Position numbers and translations under genes: made by a program
The notes under the pieces: model-generated
The model's database searches: none
Told to the model about the DNA's origin: nothing
Seen by the model: the letters and a program-made list of their open reading frames with translations, nothing else
Source of the DNA: Mobula hypostoma
Lineage: Eukaryota
Direction: 5' to 3'
DNA: 64,000 bases
Assembly: GCF_963921235.1 (NCBI RefSeq)
Contig: NC_086097.1
Location: forward strand, 54,562,001-54,626,000
Shown here: positions 12,191-24,265 of the stretch, in pieces
Numbering within the stretch: position 1 is the stretch's first letter
Layout: every line of letters starts with the position of its first letter

Positions 12191-14515
12191 CAGTGCCTAT
12201 AAAAAGTATTCACCCCCCCCTTAGAAGTTTTCACGTTTTCTTGTTTTACAACATCGAATCACAGTGGATTTTTTTGACGCTGATCAACAGAAGAAGACTT
12301 TCATGTCAAAGTGAAAACAGATCTCTGTAAAGTAATCAAATTAATCACAAATATAAAACACAAAATAATTGATTGCATAAGTATTCACCCCCCCGCTTAA
12401 TATGACACACCAAATCATCACTGGTGTAGCCAGTTGGTTTTAGAAGACACATAATTAGTTAAATAGAGATGGAGACCTTTTTACAGTCAAGGTGTTAACA
12501 TAGAATAGTACAGCACAGTACAGGCCCTTCGGCCCACAATGTTGTATCGACCCTCAAACCCTGCCTCCCATATAAGCCCCCACCTTAAATTCCTCCATAT
12601 ACCTGTCTAGTAGTCTCTTAAACTTCACTAGTGTATCTGGCTCCACCACTGACTCAGTGCATTACACGCACCAACCACTCTCTGAGTAAAAAGCCTTCCT
12701 GTAATATCCCCCTTGAACTTCCCACCCCTTACCTTAAAGCCATGTCCTCTTGTATTGAGCAGTGGTGCCCTGGGGAAGAGACAATGGCTATCCACTCTAT
12801 CTATTCCTCTTATTATCTTGTACACCTCTATCATGTCTCCTCTCATCCTGCTTCTCTCCAAAGAGTAAAGCCCTAGCTCCCTTAATCTCTGATCATAATG
12901 CATACGCAGCATTCTGGTAAATTTCTTCTGTACCCTTTCCAATGCTTCCACATCTTTCCTATAGTGAGGCGACTAGAACCGGACACACTACTCCAAGTGT
13001 GGCCTAACCAGAGTTTTATAGAGCTGCATCATTACATAGTGACTCTTAAACTCTATCCCTCGACTTATGAAAGCTAACACCCCATAAGCTTTCTTAACTA
13101 CCCTATCCACCTGTGAGGCAACTTTCAGGGATCTGTGGACATGTACCCCGAGATCCCTCTGCTCCTCCACACTACTAAGTATCCTGCCATTTACTTTGTA
13201 CTCTGCCTCGGAGTTTGTCCTTCCAAAGTGTACCACCTCACACTTCTCCGGGTTGAACTCCATCTGCCACTTCTCAGCTCACTTCTGCATCCTATCAATG
13301 TCTCTCTGCAATCTTTGACAATCCTCTACACTACCTACAACACCACCAATCTTTGTGTCATCTGCAAACTTGCCAACCCACCCTTCTACCCCCACATTCA
13401 GGTTGTTAATAAAATGTTTCAATTGATTGTAGTATAAATACACCTGTATCCTGGCAAAAACTACACCATGAAGACAAATGAACACTCCAAGCAACTCTAC
13501 AAAAAGGTTATTGAAAAACAGGAGATCGATACAAGAAAATTTCCAAGTCGCTGACTATCCCTTGAAGTACAGTTAAGTCAATCATCAAGAAATGGGAAGA
13601 ATATGGCACAGCTGTAATTCTGCCTAGAGCAGGCTGTCCTCAAAAACTGAGTGACCGTGCAAAAATGACAACTCTGGAGGAGTTACAAGCTTCAGTGGCT
13701 GAGATGGGAGAGACTGCGTATACAGCAACTGTTGGCTGGGTACTTCACCAGTTGCAGGTTTATAGGAGAGTGGCAAAGAGAAAGCCACCGTTGGAGAAAA
13801 AACTTATATGAAATCTCAGCTAGAATTTGCCAGAAGGTATGTGGGAGACTCTGAAGTCAGATGGAAGAAGGTTCTAGGTCTGATGAAACTGAAATTGAGC
13901 TTTTTGGCCATCAGACTAAATGCTATTTGGCATAAACCAAACACCACACATCATGAAAAGCACACTGTCCCTACCATGGGGATGCTTCACTGCAGCAAGA
14001 CAATGACCCCAAGCATAAAGACAAAGCTACGCAGGAATGGTTTAAAAAGAACAAAGTTAATGTCCTGGAGTGGTCAAGTCAGAATTCAGACCTCAATCCA
14101 ATTGAGAATTTGTGGCTGGACTTGAAAAGGGCTGTTCACTCATGATCCCCATGTAATCTGACAGAGCTTGAGCAGTTTTATGAAGAAAAATGTGGATAAA
14201 TTGCAGTGTTCAGATGTGCAAAGCTGATAGAGACCTATCCACACAGGCTCGAGGCTGTAATTGCCGCCAAATGTGTATCGACTAGATACTGACTTGAAGG
14301 GGGTGAACACTTGTGCAATTAATTATTTTGTGTTTTATATTTGTAATTAATTTAGATCACTTTGTGGAGATCTGTTTTCACTTTGACATGAAAGAGTCTA
14401 TTTATGTTCGTCAGTGGCAAAAAAAGTCAAATTAAATCCACTGTGATTCAGTGTTGTAAAACAATAAAACATAAAAACTTCCAGGAGGGGGGATGAATAA
14501 TTTTTATCGGCACAG
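12191..14515 (+). mobile_element. Tc1/mariner transposon, IR/DR type, defective transposase (~13468-14292), interrupted by a CR1
   Basis: TA|CAGTGCC...GGCACAG|TA ends; ~210-bp TIRs with repeated AAGTATTCACCCCC; peptides FARRYVGDS..WKKVL and QQDNDPKH. Confidence 0.93.
12497..13413 (-). mobile_element. 5'-truncated CR1 LINE nested in the Tc1
   Basis: ORFs 12628..13494 include [20 protein letters not shown] and LERVQKKFTRML; the Tc1 sequence resumes on both sides. Confidence 0.92.
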
Positions 14516-14639
14516 TATATTTCAGGTTTCATGACAGAACACTTTTACATAATATTGCACTGACTTCTGTAATAACACAAAATCCCACTTCATGATGTCC
14601 TTTTTAGTTCCTATCCAAACTCCTCAAGTCATCTTACTT

Positions 14640-15560
14640 TCAAAAGGTTCATGTATTATCAAAGTACACAACTCCAAAATTCTTCACGTAGCCGTGAAAC
14701 CTAGAAAGAAAAGAAAGGCAGCATGATCATCAACCCCCGAATCCCCCTCCCTGCAAAAAAAAACAAAAACGAATCAGGCCCATCAACCTATAAATCCCTT
14801 CTCCCACACAAAACCCAAGCAAAATGGATTAGACACATCAATCCCCAAAACCCTACTCCAGCACAAAAAAAAGAACAAAATGGATCAGGCACATCAACCT
14901 CCAAATCCCCCTCCCCACACACGAGAAAACGAGGAGATCAGGCAAAAAAAAAACAAAGCATATAAAAACTATAAGACTGAAAAAAGGTCTAAGTCCAAAG
15001 TCCAATCCAAAATGCAGAACGAACCTGGACCGCACTTTCCGCAGCGACAGACTCTCCTCTCTCTGGTACAGAGCAACCGATCAAAAGGCAAGCAGCCAAC
15101 ACTCACCATCTACCCTTGCTCTGATGCTTCAATTTTCTCATCACTTTAGCAGTGAGCAATTAGAGCTTTAATCGGTGAAATGGAGGTTGTGGTCTGTCTT
15201 GCAGCCTGCCTGCTACGAGGTTTGCATACGCTCCCTCTGCTTCCCGGAATCCTCTTGGAGACTGCAGAACACTGGAACCCCCAAAAGATCTCCAAACTTC
15301 TGTATTTGCCTTGATGTTTCAATTGATCTTGTCGCTTTAATTGGCTAAATGGGGTCAAACATCGGCTCACATGCATCCTGCAGTGATGAGGTTTGTTCAC
15401 GCTGTCTACTGCGCCAATGATCTCCAAACAGCAAAACACAAGCTCCCACAATTCTAGAATCACATTCAAGACAAGAAACAAATGTAAAAGACATAAAATA
15501 AGTGATAAAGGTGGTTTCATGATCTATTCAGAAGATGTCAACCTAAAGAGTGTTGTTTGC
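14640..15560 (-). mobile_element. Non-autonomous retro-repeat with Rex1-type tail and internal imperfect tandem units
   Basis: Begins with a GTTCA..TATTATCAAAGTAC tail motif shared with other Rex1-type ends; 3-4 related CATCAACC..AAATCCCC..CACA units at ~14725-14960. Confidence 0.45.
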
Positions 15561-15658
15561 AGGAGCCATCTTGAAGCTTGTCAAGTGAGACTTAAGATTG
15601 CAATCTTCTGCTTCAAAGACCAAAGGACTTTAATTTATGTGAATTTTCTTTTTGAATG

Positions 15659-17135
15659 GTTCAAAGTTCAAAGTAAATTTATTATTAAAGTACATATGTC
15701 ACCATATGTAACCCTGAGATTCATTTTCTTGAGGGCATACTCAATAACTCCATAATTGAAACCATAATAGACTTAGTGAAAGACTGTACCAACTTGAGAT
15801 TTCAACCGGAGTACACAAGACTACAAACTGTGCAAATACAAAAAGAAGGATATAATAATAATAAATAACTAAACAATAAATAAATATTGAGAACAGCAGA
15901 TGAAGAGTCCTTGAAAATGAGTACATAGGTTGTAGGAGTATTTCAGTAATGGGGTGAGTGAAATTATCTCTTTTCGTTCAAGAGCCTGATGGTTGAGGGG
16001 TAATAACTGTTCCTGAATCTGCTGGTGTTAGGTCCTGAGGCTCCTGTACCACCACCTTGATGGCAACAGTGAGAAGAGAACATACTTGGGTGGTGGGGGT
16101 CCCTGAAGATGGATATTGGTTTCCTGTAATAACAATCTGTGTAAATGTACTGAGTTGTGGAGAGGGCTTTACCCATGATTCAGTGGGCCATATTAACTAC
16201 TTTTTGTAGGATTTTCCATTCAAGGGCATTGGTGTTTCCATACTAGGCTGTTTCACAGCCAGTCAATATTCTTTCCACCACACATCCATAGAAAAGTTTC
16301 AGTTTTAGATGTCATGCCAAATCTTTGCAAACTCCTGAGGAACTAGAGGCACTGTCGTGTTTTCTTCATAATTGCACTTGCTTGCTAGGCCCAGGACAGG
16401 TTCTCTGAAATAACACCATCGAATTTAAAATTGCTGACCCTCTCCAGCTCTGATCCCCTGATGAGAACTGGCTCATGGAGCTCTGGTTTTCTCTTCCTGA
16501 AATCAGCAATCATCTCCTTGGTCTTACTGACATTGACTAAGAGGTTGTTATTGTGACACCACTCAGCCACATTTTCAGACTCTCTCCGTTATGCTGATTT
16601 GTCACCACCTTTGATTCAGCCAATGACAGTTGTATAATCAGCAAACTTGAATATGGCATTAGAGCTGTGCTTAGCCACACAGTCATAAGTGTAAAATGAA
16701 TAAAGCAAGGGCTAATCTCATGGTTCATCCAGGGCTTCTGGTTGGAGAAGACGATGAATAATTTTGTGGGGACACATTTGTCTACAACTGTTTTTATAGA
16801 GTCTGTGACAAGCATGGTGTATTCATTCAGATCCAAAGATGAATGCTTGAACACAGCTCAGTCCATCAACTCAAAGCAATCCCATAGCTGCTCCTTTGCC
16901 TCCCATGACTCCCTCTTGTTATCTTAATCTCTGGAGCTTTGCTCTTTAGCTACTGCCTTTATACAGGTGGGGGAAGGACAGCCAAGTGATTAGATTTCCT
17001 GAAATTGTGGTCCATGCGTTCCTTATCTTAGTATAACAGTGGTCTAGTGTGTTGGGCCTTCTGATGCTACAGGTTATATGGTGATTATAATTGGGTAGGG
17101 ATTACTTCAAACAAGCTTGATTGAAATCCCCAACT
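15659..17135 (-). mobile_element. Rex1/Babar non-LTR retrotransposon remnant
   Basis: Peptides EWCHNNNLLVNVSKTKEMIADFRK, NQKPWMN and RFRNSYYPSTIRLLN; AATAAA followed by (CTTTGAA)n tail on the minus strand. Confidence 0.85.
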
Positions 17136-17349
17136 ATGATAGCAACTTAAGGTTAAGAACGGTTATTCTGTAGGATAGAATCTTGTCAGTTACAGGAAGG
17201 CACTGTGCTATGGTGTGCAGTTAAGTTCAGAGATGACCTTGAGGCAATAATTGAAGTCCAAATATCTCAGTTTTATAGGATGAAATAAAGTTTGGAATGG
17301 ACAAGCCTATGGAGCAATTTTGAATACTAAGAAGTTACTTAAAATGAAC

Positions 17350-18520
17350 ACGTTCCTTAACCAGTTGCCAATGTTGTTCTGCAAGCTAGATAACAAGTAA
17401 AATGGATGGGTGCAAATTAAGATACAGACATAAGAATTTTTATGAGAAATTTTATTTTTGTGGATTTAGTAAAGCATTTGGCAAACTCCATTAACTGGGC
17501 TGGTTCAGCGAATAAATCACACAGGATCCATGATGGGTTGGTATCTTGGATACAAAACTGACATGGTCAAAGAAAACAGAGTAATGATTGAGGTTGTTTC
17601 TCTGACTGGTAGCTTGTGATCAGTAGTATTCCGTAAGCGCTGGGACCTGTGTACATATAAAAATAACCTTGATGAAAATGTTGCTGTTGTGTTTGTGTTC
17701 ACTGTTGACATGAAAGATTGGTGGAGTTGTGATAGTAAAGAAAGTTGTTGTAGGATCCAGGAGCATATAGATCAATTGGAAATAATGTAGGAAAAATGGT
17801 GGATGGAGTTTAATCTGGACAAATTAGAGGTGTTGCATTTTAGGAGGTGAAATATAAGAGGAAAATGTACAGGTAAATGGAAGCATCCTTAGGGCATTGA
17901 TGTACAGAGGGATCTTGGGGTGCATGTTCATAGCTCTATTAAAGTGGTATTGCAAGAGGTGATAGGGCAATAAAAATAAAGGCATACAGCCAGCTTCCCA
18001 TCATCAGTTGGGGCATTGTGTATTAATGTTAGACAGCCATGTTGCAACTGTAACCTTTGGTTAGGTCACATTTAGAGTATTGTGTATAATACAGGTCCCC
18101 GCACAGCAGGAAGGATGTGAAGGCTTTGGGTAGGATACAGAAGTGGTTCGCTGTAATGTTGCATGGATTGGGGTGTGTTAACTATAAGAAGAGTTTGGAT
18201 TTCAAATATTTTCTGTGGAGTTGTGACCTGATAGAAATATATAAAATTATGAAAGACATAGATAGGGTAGGTAGATGGTCTTTTTCACAGAATGGAGGGC
18301 ATAGGCTTAGGGTGAGAGGGAAAGTTTACAGATTTCCAAGGCAAGTGTTTTTTTTACACAGAGGGCATTATGTGCCAGGACTTTGCTGCCATGGGAGGTG
18401 GATAAAGCAAATGTGCTAACAAAATTTAAGTAGTATTTAGGCAGACCTCTAATGGGCAGAAAATAGGAAGATACAGACTTTATGTAGGTGGTTGGGTTTA
18501 ATTCAGATTGTCACTGTCAT
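17350..18520 (+). mobile_element. Old CR1 LINE ORF2 3' remnant
   Basis: Degenerate DFSKAF, MEFN.DK.EVLHF and DLIEIYKIMK motifs. Confidence 0.78.
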
Positions 18521-18757
18521 CACAGACAAAGAAGGCAAAGTGGTGGTTGACGTTTCTCTCACTGCAGGTCTGTGACCGTGGTATCTCATAAGGATCGATA
18601 CAAAATTGATTTTCTAAAAGAAATCCTTTTGAAAATGACCTGTGTAGTTTCTAACAGTTTAACCATTGTGAAATTATAATTACTATTTATTATTGAAATG
18701 GTAATTCTATTCTGCAATTATCTTTGAATGCTGATAGAAAGGCAATTTTCCTTTTAG

Positions 18758-18841
18758 AGTTCCAAGTGCCAGTGACAGAACCTGATATAAACAACAGACT
18801 GGAATCATTATGTCTCAGCATGACTGAACATGCCTTGGGTG
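18758..18841 (+). CDS. SAMD4A: SAMD4A penultimate coding exon: (E)[27 protein letters not shown]
   Basis: Acceptor ttttccttttAG, donor GTaagt at 18842; 84 nt, phase 1 to 1; conserved [13 protein letters not shown] motif. Confidence 0.96.
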
Positions 18842-20417
18842 GTAAGTGTAAAGGTTGCAGATAAAATGTAATACATGTATCCCCAAAACCTCTATGCAGT
18901 AGTTATAAAATTAGAATGCTTTAGATTAATGTGAAAAGGCAATATGCTTTTAATTGGTTTGACTTGGTAAACCAAATTTATTATAAATAAGACCTTGAGT
19001 GAAAACATCATTTTACAGCTCTTAGCTTTTCTGTTTCACAAGTGTAAAGAAGTGGTAAATGTCTCCAAAATTTGCTATTTATAATATTTGTATGATCATT
19101 CTACAATCTACATTGTCTTTCATTGCGATCAAATTTCAGTGAATGTCTCACTCTTTGTCATCTGTAAACTATAATTAATGCATTCACTTTGAATCTTCCA
19201 AAAAATCTTAATTGGCAGAAAACTGCCCTGATCTGAAAAATGATCACAACTCTATTTCAGTCTATCTCAATGCCTCTCACTTTGGTGCTGAGATACTTCA
19301 AAGTTAAATCAAACTGTTTCACCAACACTACCATATATCAAGCTTTTAATATTTGCAACATCAAAGACCATTTAGATCAGGCCTATACCAATTTTTATTT
19401 TACTAAAATGACCCATAATTTTGTGGGGTTTTTTGTCCTTAATTATATCCAATTTTACTTTCAAAATGCAATCATCTCTGATTTGACTACTTCATGATCA
19501 GCATCTCATGTTCCAGCAGCCGCAGAAAGGAATTCCAGTTAGTATCTTAAAATTAAAGCTTAAACCAGAAGAGATATCACCTCCCTAACTCTATGAAACC
19601 TTCATTCATTTTCAATAAAATATACTTAAGTTTTACATAGATTTGCATTAAATTTTGTGTTTTGCTGGAATTAATCCTAGTGATTCAAGTATCTCCCCAC
19701 AACTACTGTAACTATTCCCAAGCGTGGTGAATATACATTAATAATTCTCAATGGGTTTAATATTGTTTCTGTTATGACAGTTATAATGCTTTACAATACT
19801 GTGACTGTAATTCTAAAATCCAAAATAGTAATGCTGTTTTTAATAGCTAGGTTTATTTGCATTTTTAGGCTGTTTCCAAACACTTTTTTTCCGTTGAGTG
19901 CCTTCTCATGACACTCAAGGTTTTCACCTCAAGGTATATTGTTGGTCAACATTCAACATGTAAAGATATACACCACTTGTCTCTCTATTCTGCTAACCAT
20001 GTTACAAAATCGCTTTTGTCATCTCTCTAATTTCCTAAGACACCAGTTTGGTGGCATCATCAAATTTTAAGAAAGTTTTATTCTCAAACAGAAATATGAG
20101 GATAGACACTTAAGCTGTTCTCCATTCACCCACTCTCAGAACATTTGAAATGTGAACTGGAGTAGCCCGTGTAGCTCCTCAAGCCTGCTGTAAAATTCAA
20201 AAGAATCATGGCTATTTTTTTGTCAAAAGTTCAAAATAAATGTATTATCAAAGTACATAGATGTCATCATATAGCCTGAGATCTTTTTTCTTGCAGACAT
20301 AAACAGAGAAAAGAAATATATGGTAGAACCAATGTAAAACTGCACACAAAGACTGACGACCAATATGCAAAAAAAGACCGTGCAAATACAGTACCAAAAA
20401 ACTAATAATGATAAATA

Positions 20418-21319
20418 CAGTCGGCCCTCCTTATCCGCGAGTTTCGTATGCACGAATTCAACCAACTGTGAATTGAGAAAACCCGGAAGTGCTCTTCCAG
20501 CACTTGTTGTTCGAGCATGCAGAGACTTTTTTTTTCTTGTCATTATTCCCTAAGCAATGCAGTATAACCACTATTTTACATAGTATTTACATTGTGTTAG
20601 GTATTGTAAGTAATCTAGAGATGATTTAAAGTATACAGGAGAATGTGCATAGGTTATCCTGGATCGGGATCGAGAAAAAAGGAAAGTTCCTTTACTAAGT
20701 AAGTCGGAACAAGTACATCCGGTATTATTTAGTGTCAGTTAGTCAAACGTTTGTCTTAGTATATATTTTACTTTTCTATACATATAAAACACTTAAGAAA
20801 CCTATGTTTCAGCCCCAGGCTCGGAAACAGAAGTTCCCGAGTTCAATCCAGTGATAGACCGCTCCCGAGCGCGCTCTTCATCTGTGCCAGGTTGATGTGG
20901 AAGATCAAAAACCCAATAATTAAACCACTGCGTTGCTTAGTAATAATTTTAGCTTTCATCGGGGCAGGGCCTTTCTCACTTTATCCTTTAAAATTGTTCC
21001 GATCGTTGACCAACTGTAGCCTAACGCTTTTCCAATGACCAATTGCATTTTACCTCCTTCCGATTGCTTTATTATTTCCATTTTATTTTCAATCGTGATC
21101 ATGGTTATTTTCATGAACAGAAACACTGCAGGTTCAGAGCTCCGCTGCCAGGTCCTAATGTCCACCGCACTGAGACAGGTTAAATAAGGTCCAGGGTTCC
21201 GCTGGGTCCTAAGGTCCACCACATTTAGACAGGTTGAATAAGGGACTTGACCATCTGCGTTTTTTTGTATCTGCGAGGGGTCCCGGAACAAATCCCTCGC
21301 AGATAAGGAGGGCCGACTG
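20418..21319 (-). mobile_element. Tigger/pogo-like non-autonomous DNA transposon with CENP-B-type HTH remnant
   Basis: TA|CAGTCGGCCCTCCTTATC...GATAAGGAGGGCCGACTG|TA; peptide ITIENKMEIIKQSEGG...GYSWSTIGTILKDK. Inserted in a Rex1-type tail (~20225-21470). Confidence 0.9.
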
Positions 21320-21654
21320 TACATAAATAATATTGAGAACGAGTTGTAGAGTCCTTAAAAGTGAGTCAATAGGTTGTGGAATCAGTTCAGTGTTGAGGGG
21401 AGTGAAGTTATCCACACTGGATCGGCAGCCTGATAGTTGAAATATAATAACTGTTCCTGACCCTCAACTTCAACTCATCCTTCCCATCCTGTTGCTTTAT
21501 TTGCCTGGATTCCAAAGTCTCAGACTTGGAATACCCTCAATACATGGTCCTTGAGTAAAGAATTCCAGAGATTTAAACCCTGTGTTCTTCCTGATTTCAG
21601 TTAAAGTAATTTTTAGATCAATAGAAAACAAAGTTTTCTGTTATATTTATACCT

Positions 21655-22125
21655 CAGAATCAGGTTTAATATCACTGGCATATGTAGCACCAATAAATTG
21701 CAATATATAATATTAAAATAACTACAAATTACAATAAGAAATATATATATAAATTTAATTAAGTAGTCCAAAAAGTGAGAGAAAAAAATTGAAAATTGAG
21801 GTAGTGCACATGGGTACTTCGTCCATTCAGAAATCTGATGGAGGAGGGGAAGAAACTGTTCCTGAAGCATATGAGTATGTGTATGTCTTCAGGATCCTGT
21901 GCTTCCTCTTTGGTAGCAATGAGAAGAGAGCATGTTCTGGGTGATGGGGTATTTAATAATGGATGCTGCCTTTTTGACGCATCACATTTTCAAGGTGTCC
22001 TGGATGCTGGGGATGTTCATGCCCATGATGGAGCTGGCAGAGTTTCCGACTCTCTGTGCAGTGGCTGCTCCTTACTAGACAATGGTGCACCAGGTAGAAT
22101 ACTTAGTCTTTGTAAGTCCCTTTGA
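21655..22125 (-). mobile_element. Rex1/Babar 3' fragment
   Basis: Tail AGAATCAGGTTTAATATCACTGGCAT and body homologous to the copy at 38493. Confidence 0.8.
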
Positions 22126-24236
22126 GCAGTGAATCCTTCCTAAAATCCAATTAAGTTGTGCAACGTTTCCCTAAGTGTCACTCTCCTAGTACACATTGTT
22201 AGCTTGACTAATAAACTGTTCTTTGCAGTGAACTACTTTTTATATAAACAGTTGAAAGTTTCAACTAAATTTTATTATATTCATTTGGAACACAAAATTT
22301 AATATCCTTTTCTATGAAATATTGAATCTGGTAAGGTTTCAACAAAAAATGAAATATTGTATCTATGCATCCAAGTTTAATCGTAAATAACTTGATACCC
22401 GAAATAATTTAAAAACTGTATGCAAATTACATAAACATCCAATATTTCTACTTCTGTGAGCATTGTCAGAAGAAGATTTAAACATATGTTTAATCAAATC
22501 TCCTTTGTCAAATATTGAAGCAACTATAGGATTGAACTACAAATATCCCATGTTTATTGAGATAATATCAGCTGGCCAATATACAGATTGTTTTATCTGA
22601 ATACGATGATGAAAGCTCAACATTGTTTATGAATTTACATAATCTAGACAATTGTTTATATTTTATCCATAAAATGAAATGTTTGAGTACAAAAAAAGAA
22701 TTTAAGTTGCATATAACTCTGAGTTTTATGCTGTTGCATGGCAAATTGAAAAAATAATGCTTTAATGTTACAAACTACTTTATGAAGTAAGTGGTAGAAT
22801 GAATATTTCTGTCTCAAGGTGGTTTTTAAAAATACTTAAACTGTTAGAAAATCTGAATGTTTCTACCTATGAAGTAGTCAAATCAGATAATTGAATTATT
22901 ATATAATTTTTATTGTTAATTTTCTTGGCATGTTTGCAGTCCAATTTCTGCTTACAAGCCATTTACACCCACTCCCCCACACTTTAAGGGTCAAGGAGTT
23001 GGGATTTAGTGTGGTTTCCCTTTATCAAATGAAACAGTGGCTTGGTGAATGGTAAATGAGTTTGCATGTTCCACATAACAAGAAGTTTAACATTATTTGT
23101 ATTTAATAATCCTCTGTGATCTTTCTATATCAGTGGAATTATGTAAATTGGAAAACTGAGCAATTATCTTTTCCACTTTTCCACTTTTCCACTTTGAAAG
23201 GATAGAAATCATTTTATTGCAGGCTTTTAGCCTAATTATCCTCAATTGAATGAAGAAATGAGGAAGGAAATGTTTTTCAGAGGTATTGTGAACCCATCAG
23301 GCCGAAAATTAGAGTTTCCATGCGCCAGAAAGTATTTTCTCTTTCTATAGCATTATTTCCCCTTCAAGCACCTACATCTTTCTTGCAGATTGACTACAAT
23401 CTTTGGCCACCTTGTATACTTTTTCACCTCAGCTTCAAAGGATTTAATTCTCTAAAAACAAAATCCTTAGTTTGGATGGTCTATGACTTTGACCACATGC
23501 GGGAGAACTTTATTTGGTTTGAGGAGAGATGAGTAACTTCTCTGCATGAAACTGCACAAAGAAATCGACTTCAGGGGAGTGATTTATTTGATAAGGGATA
23601 AATGCTCATAAAGATCATCTCGGCCCTTTGCTTACGAAGACTGCCTTAGATACAGTGATTCTGTATAATGTGATTTATGTTTTCCACTATGGACAATTCT
23701 GGTAAATACTCCTGGTATGTCATACTTTAAATGCAATATTTCTTTAATTTGGATTCCCATGTCACATAAGTGTCCATGATTGTCTTATTTGCAAACTTGC
23801 CACTGTTATTCTCTAGCTTTTAGAAGAGGTCATCACAGATTATTATTAGATGTCTTCGTGTCAGCAGTAAGAATCATAGTTTTGCCACATATTTAAAGTA
23901 GGCCACCACATATTCCAAATCAATATCATATGTTGAAACCAAAAAGCTGATGATAGACTGTTAAGGAAATCTTAATCAGTTCCTTTTTAAAGAAATGTAA
24001 TAAAAGAACATTTAAAATAAATTTATTTGAGTTTGAAGTTTTTTGAAGTGATATCTTTTAGCGCACGCCTACATAATAATATATTTTTTGTAATCTGTTT
24101 TCAAGCCAAGTGAAGTTTTAGTCACTATTGTGTAGATTAAATAAAATACTACTTTAAATAATGTAACATGTAGATAGCAATGTGTGAGAATATTTCAATA
24201 AAACTTCAGAATACTAACTTTGATTTTAATTTTCAG

Positions 24237-24265
24237 ATGGCGTTGATAGAACTTCTACTATCTAG
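24237..24265 (+). CDS. SAMD4A: SAMD4A final coding segment: (D)GVDRTSTI-stop
   Basis: Branch point TACTAAC at 24212-24218, acceptor ttttcAG, TAG at 24263-24265. DGVDRTSTI is the SAMD4A-type C-terminus as I recall it. Confidence 0.95.

Noticed and set aside
14725..14960. CRISPR-like or functional spaced repeat
   Set aside because: Eukaryotic context; the units are degenerate, low-complexity and lie inside a retro-repeat.
21150..21250. ~54-bp tandem duplication
   Set aside because: It is a subterminal repeat internal to the Tigger-like element.
23168..23195. (TTTCCACT)3 tandem; also (CA)n near 33795 and (TA)n near 51550
   Set aside because: Ordinary simple repeats with no evidence of function.
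1..24236. Antisense orientation bias of TEs in SAMD4A introns
   Set aside because: Rex-type tails are antisense, but several CR1, Penelope, SINE and Tc1 copies are sense; the sample is too small.
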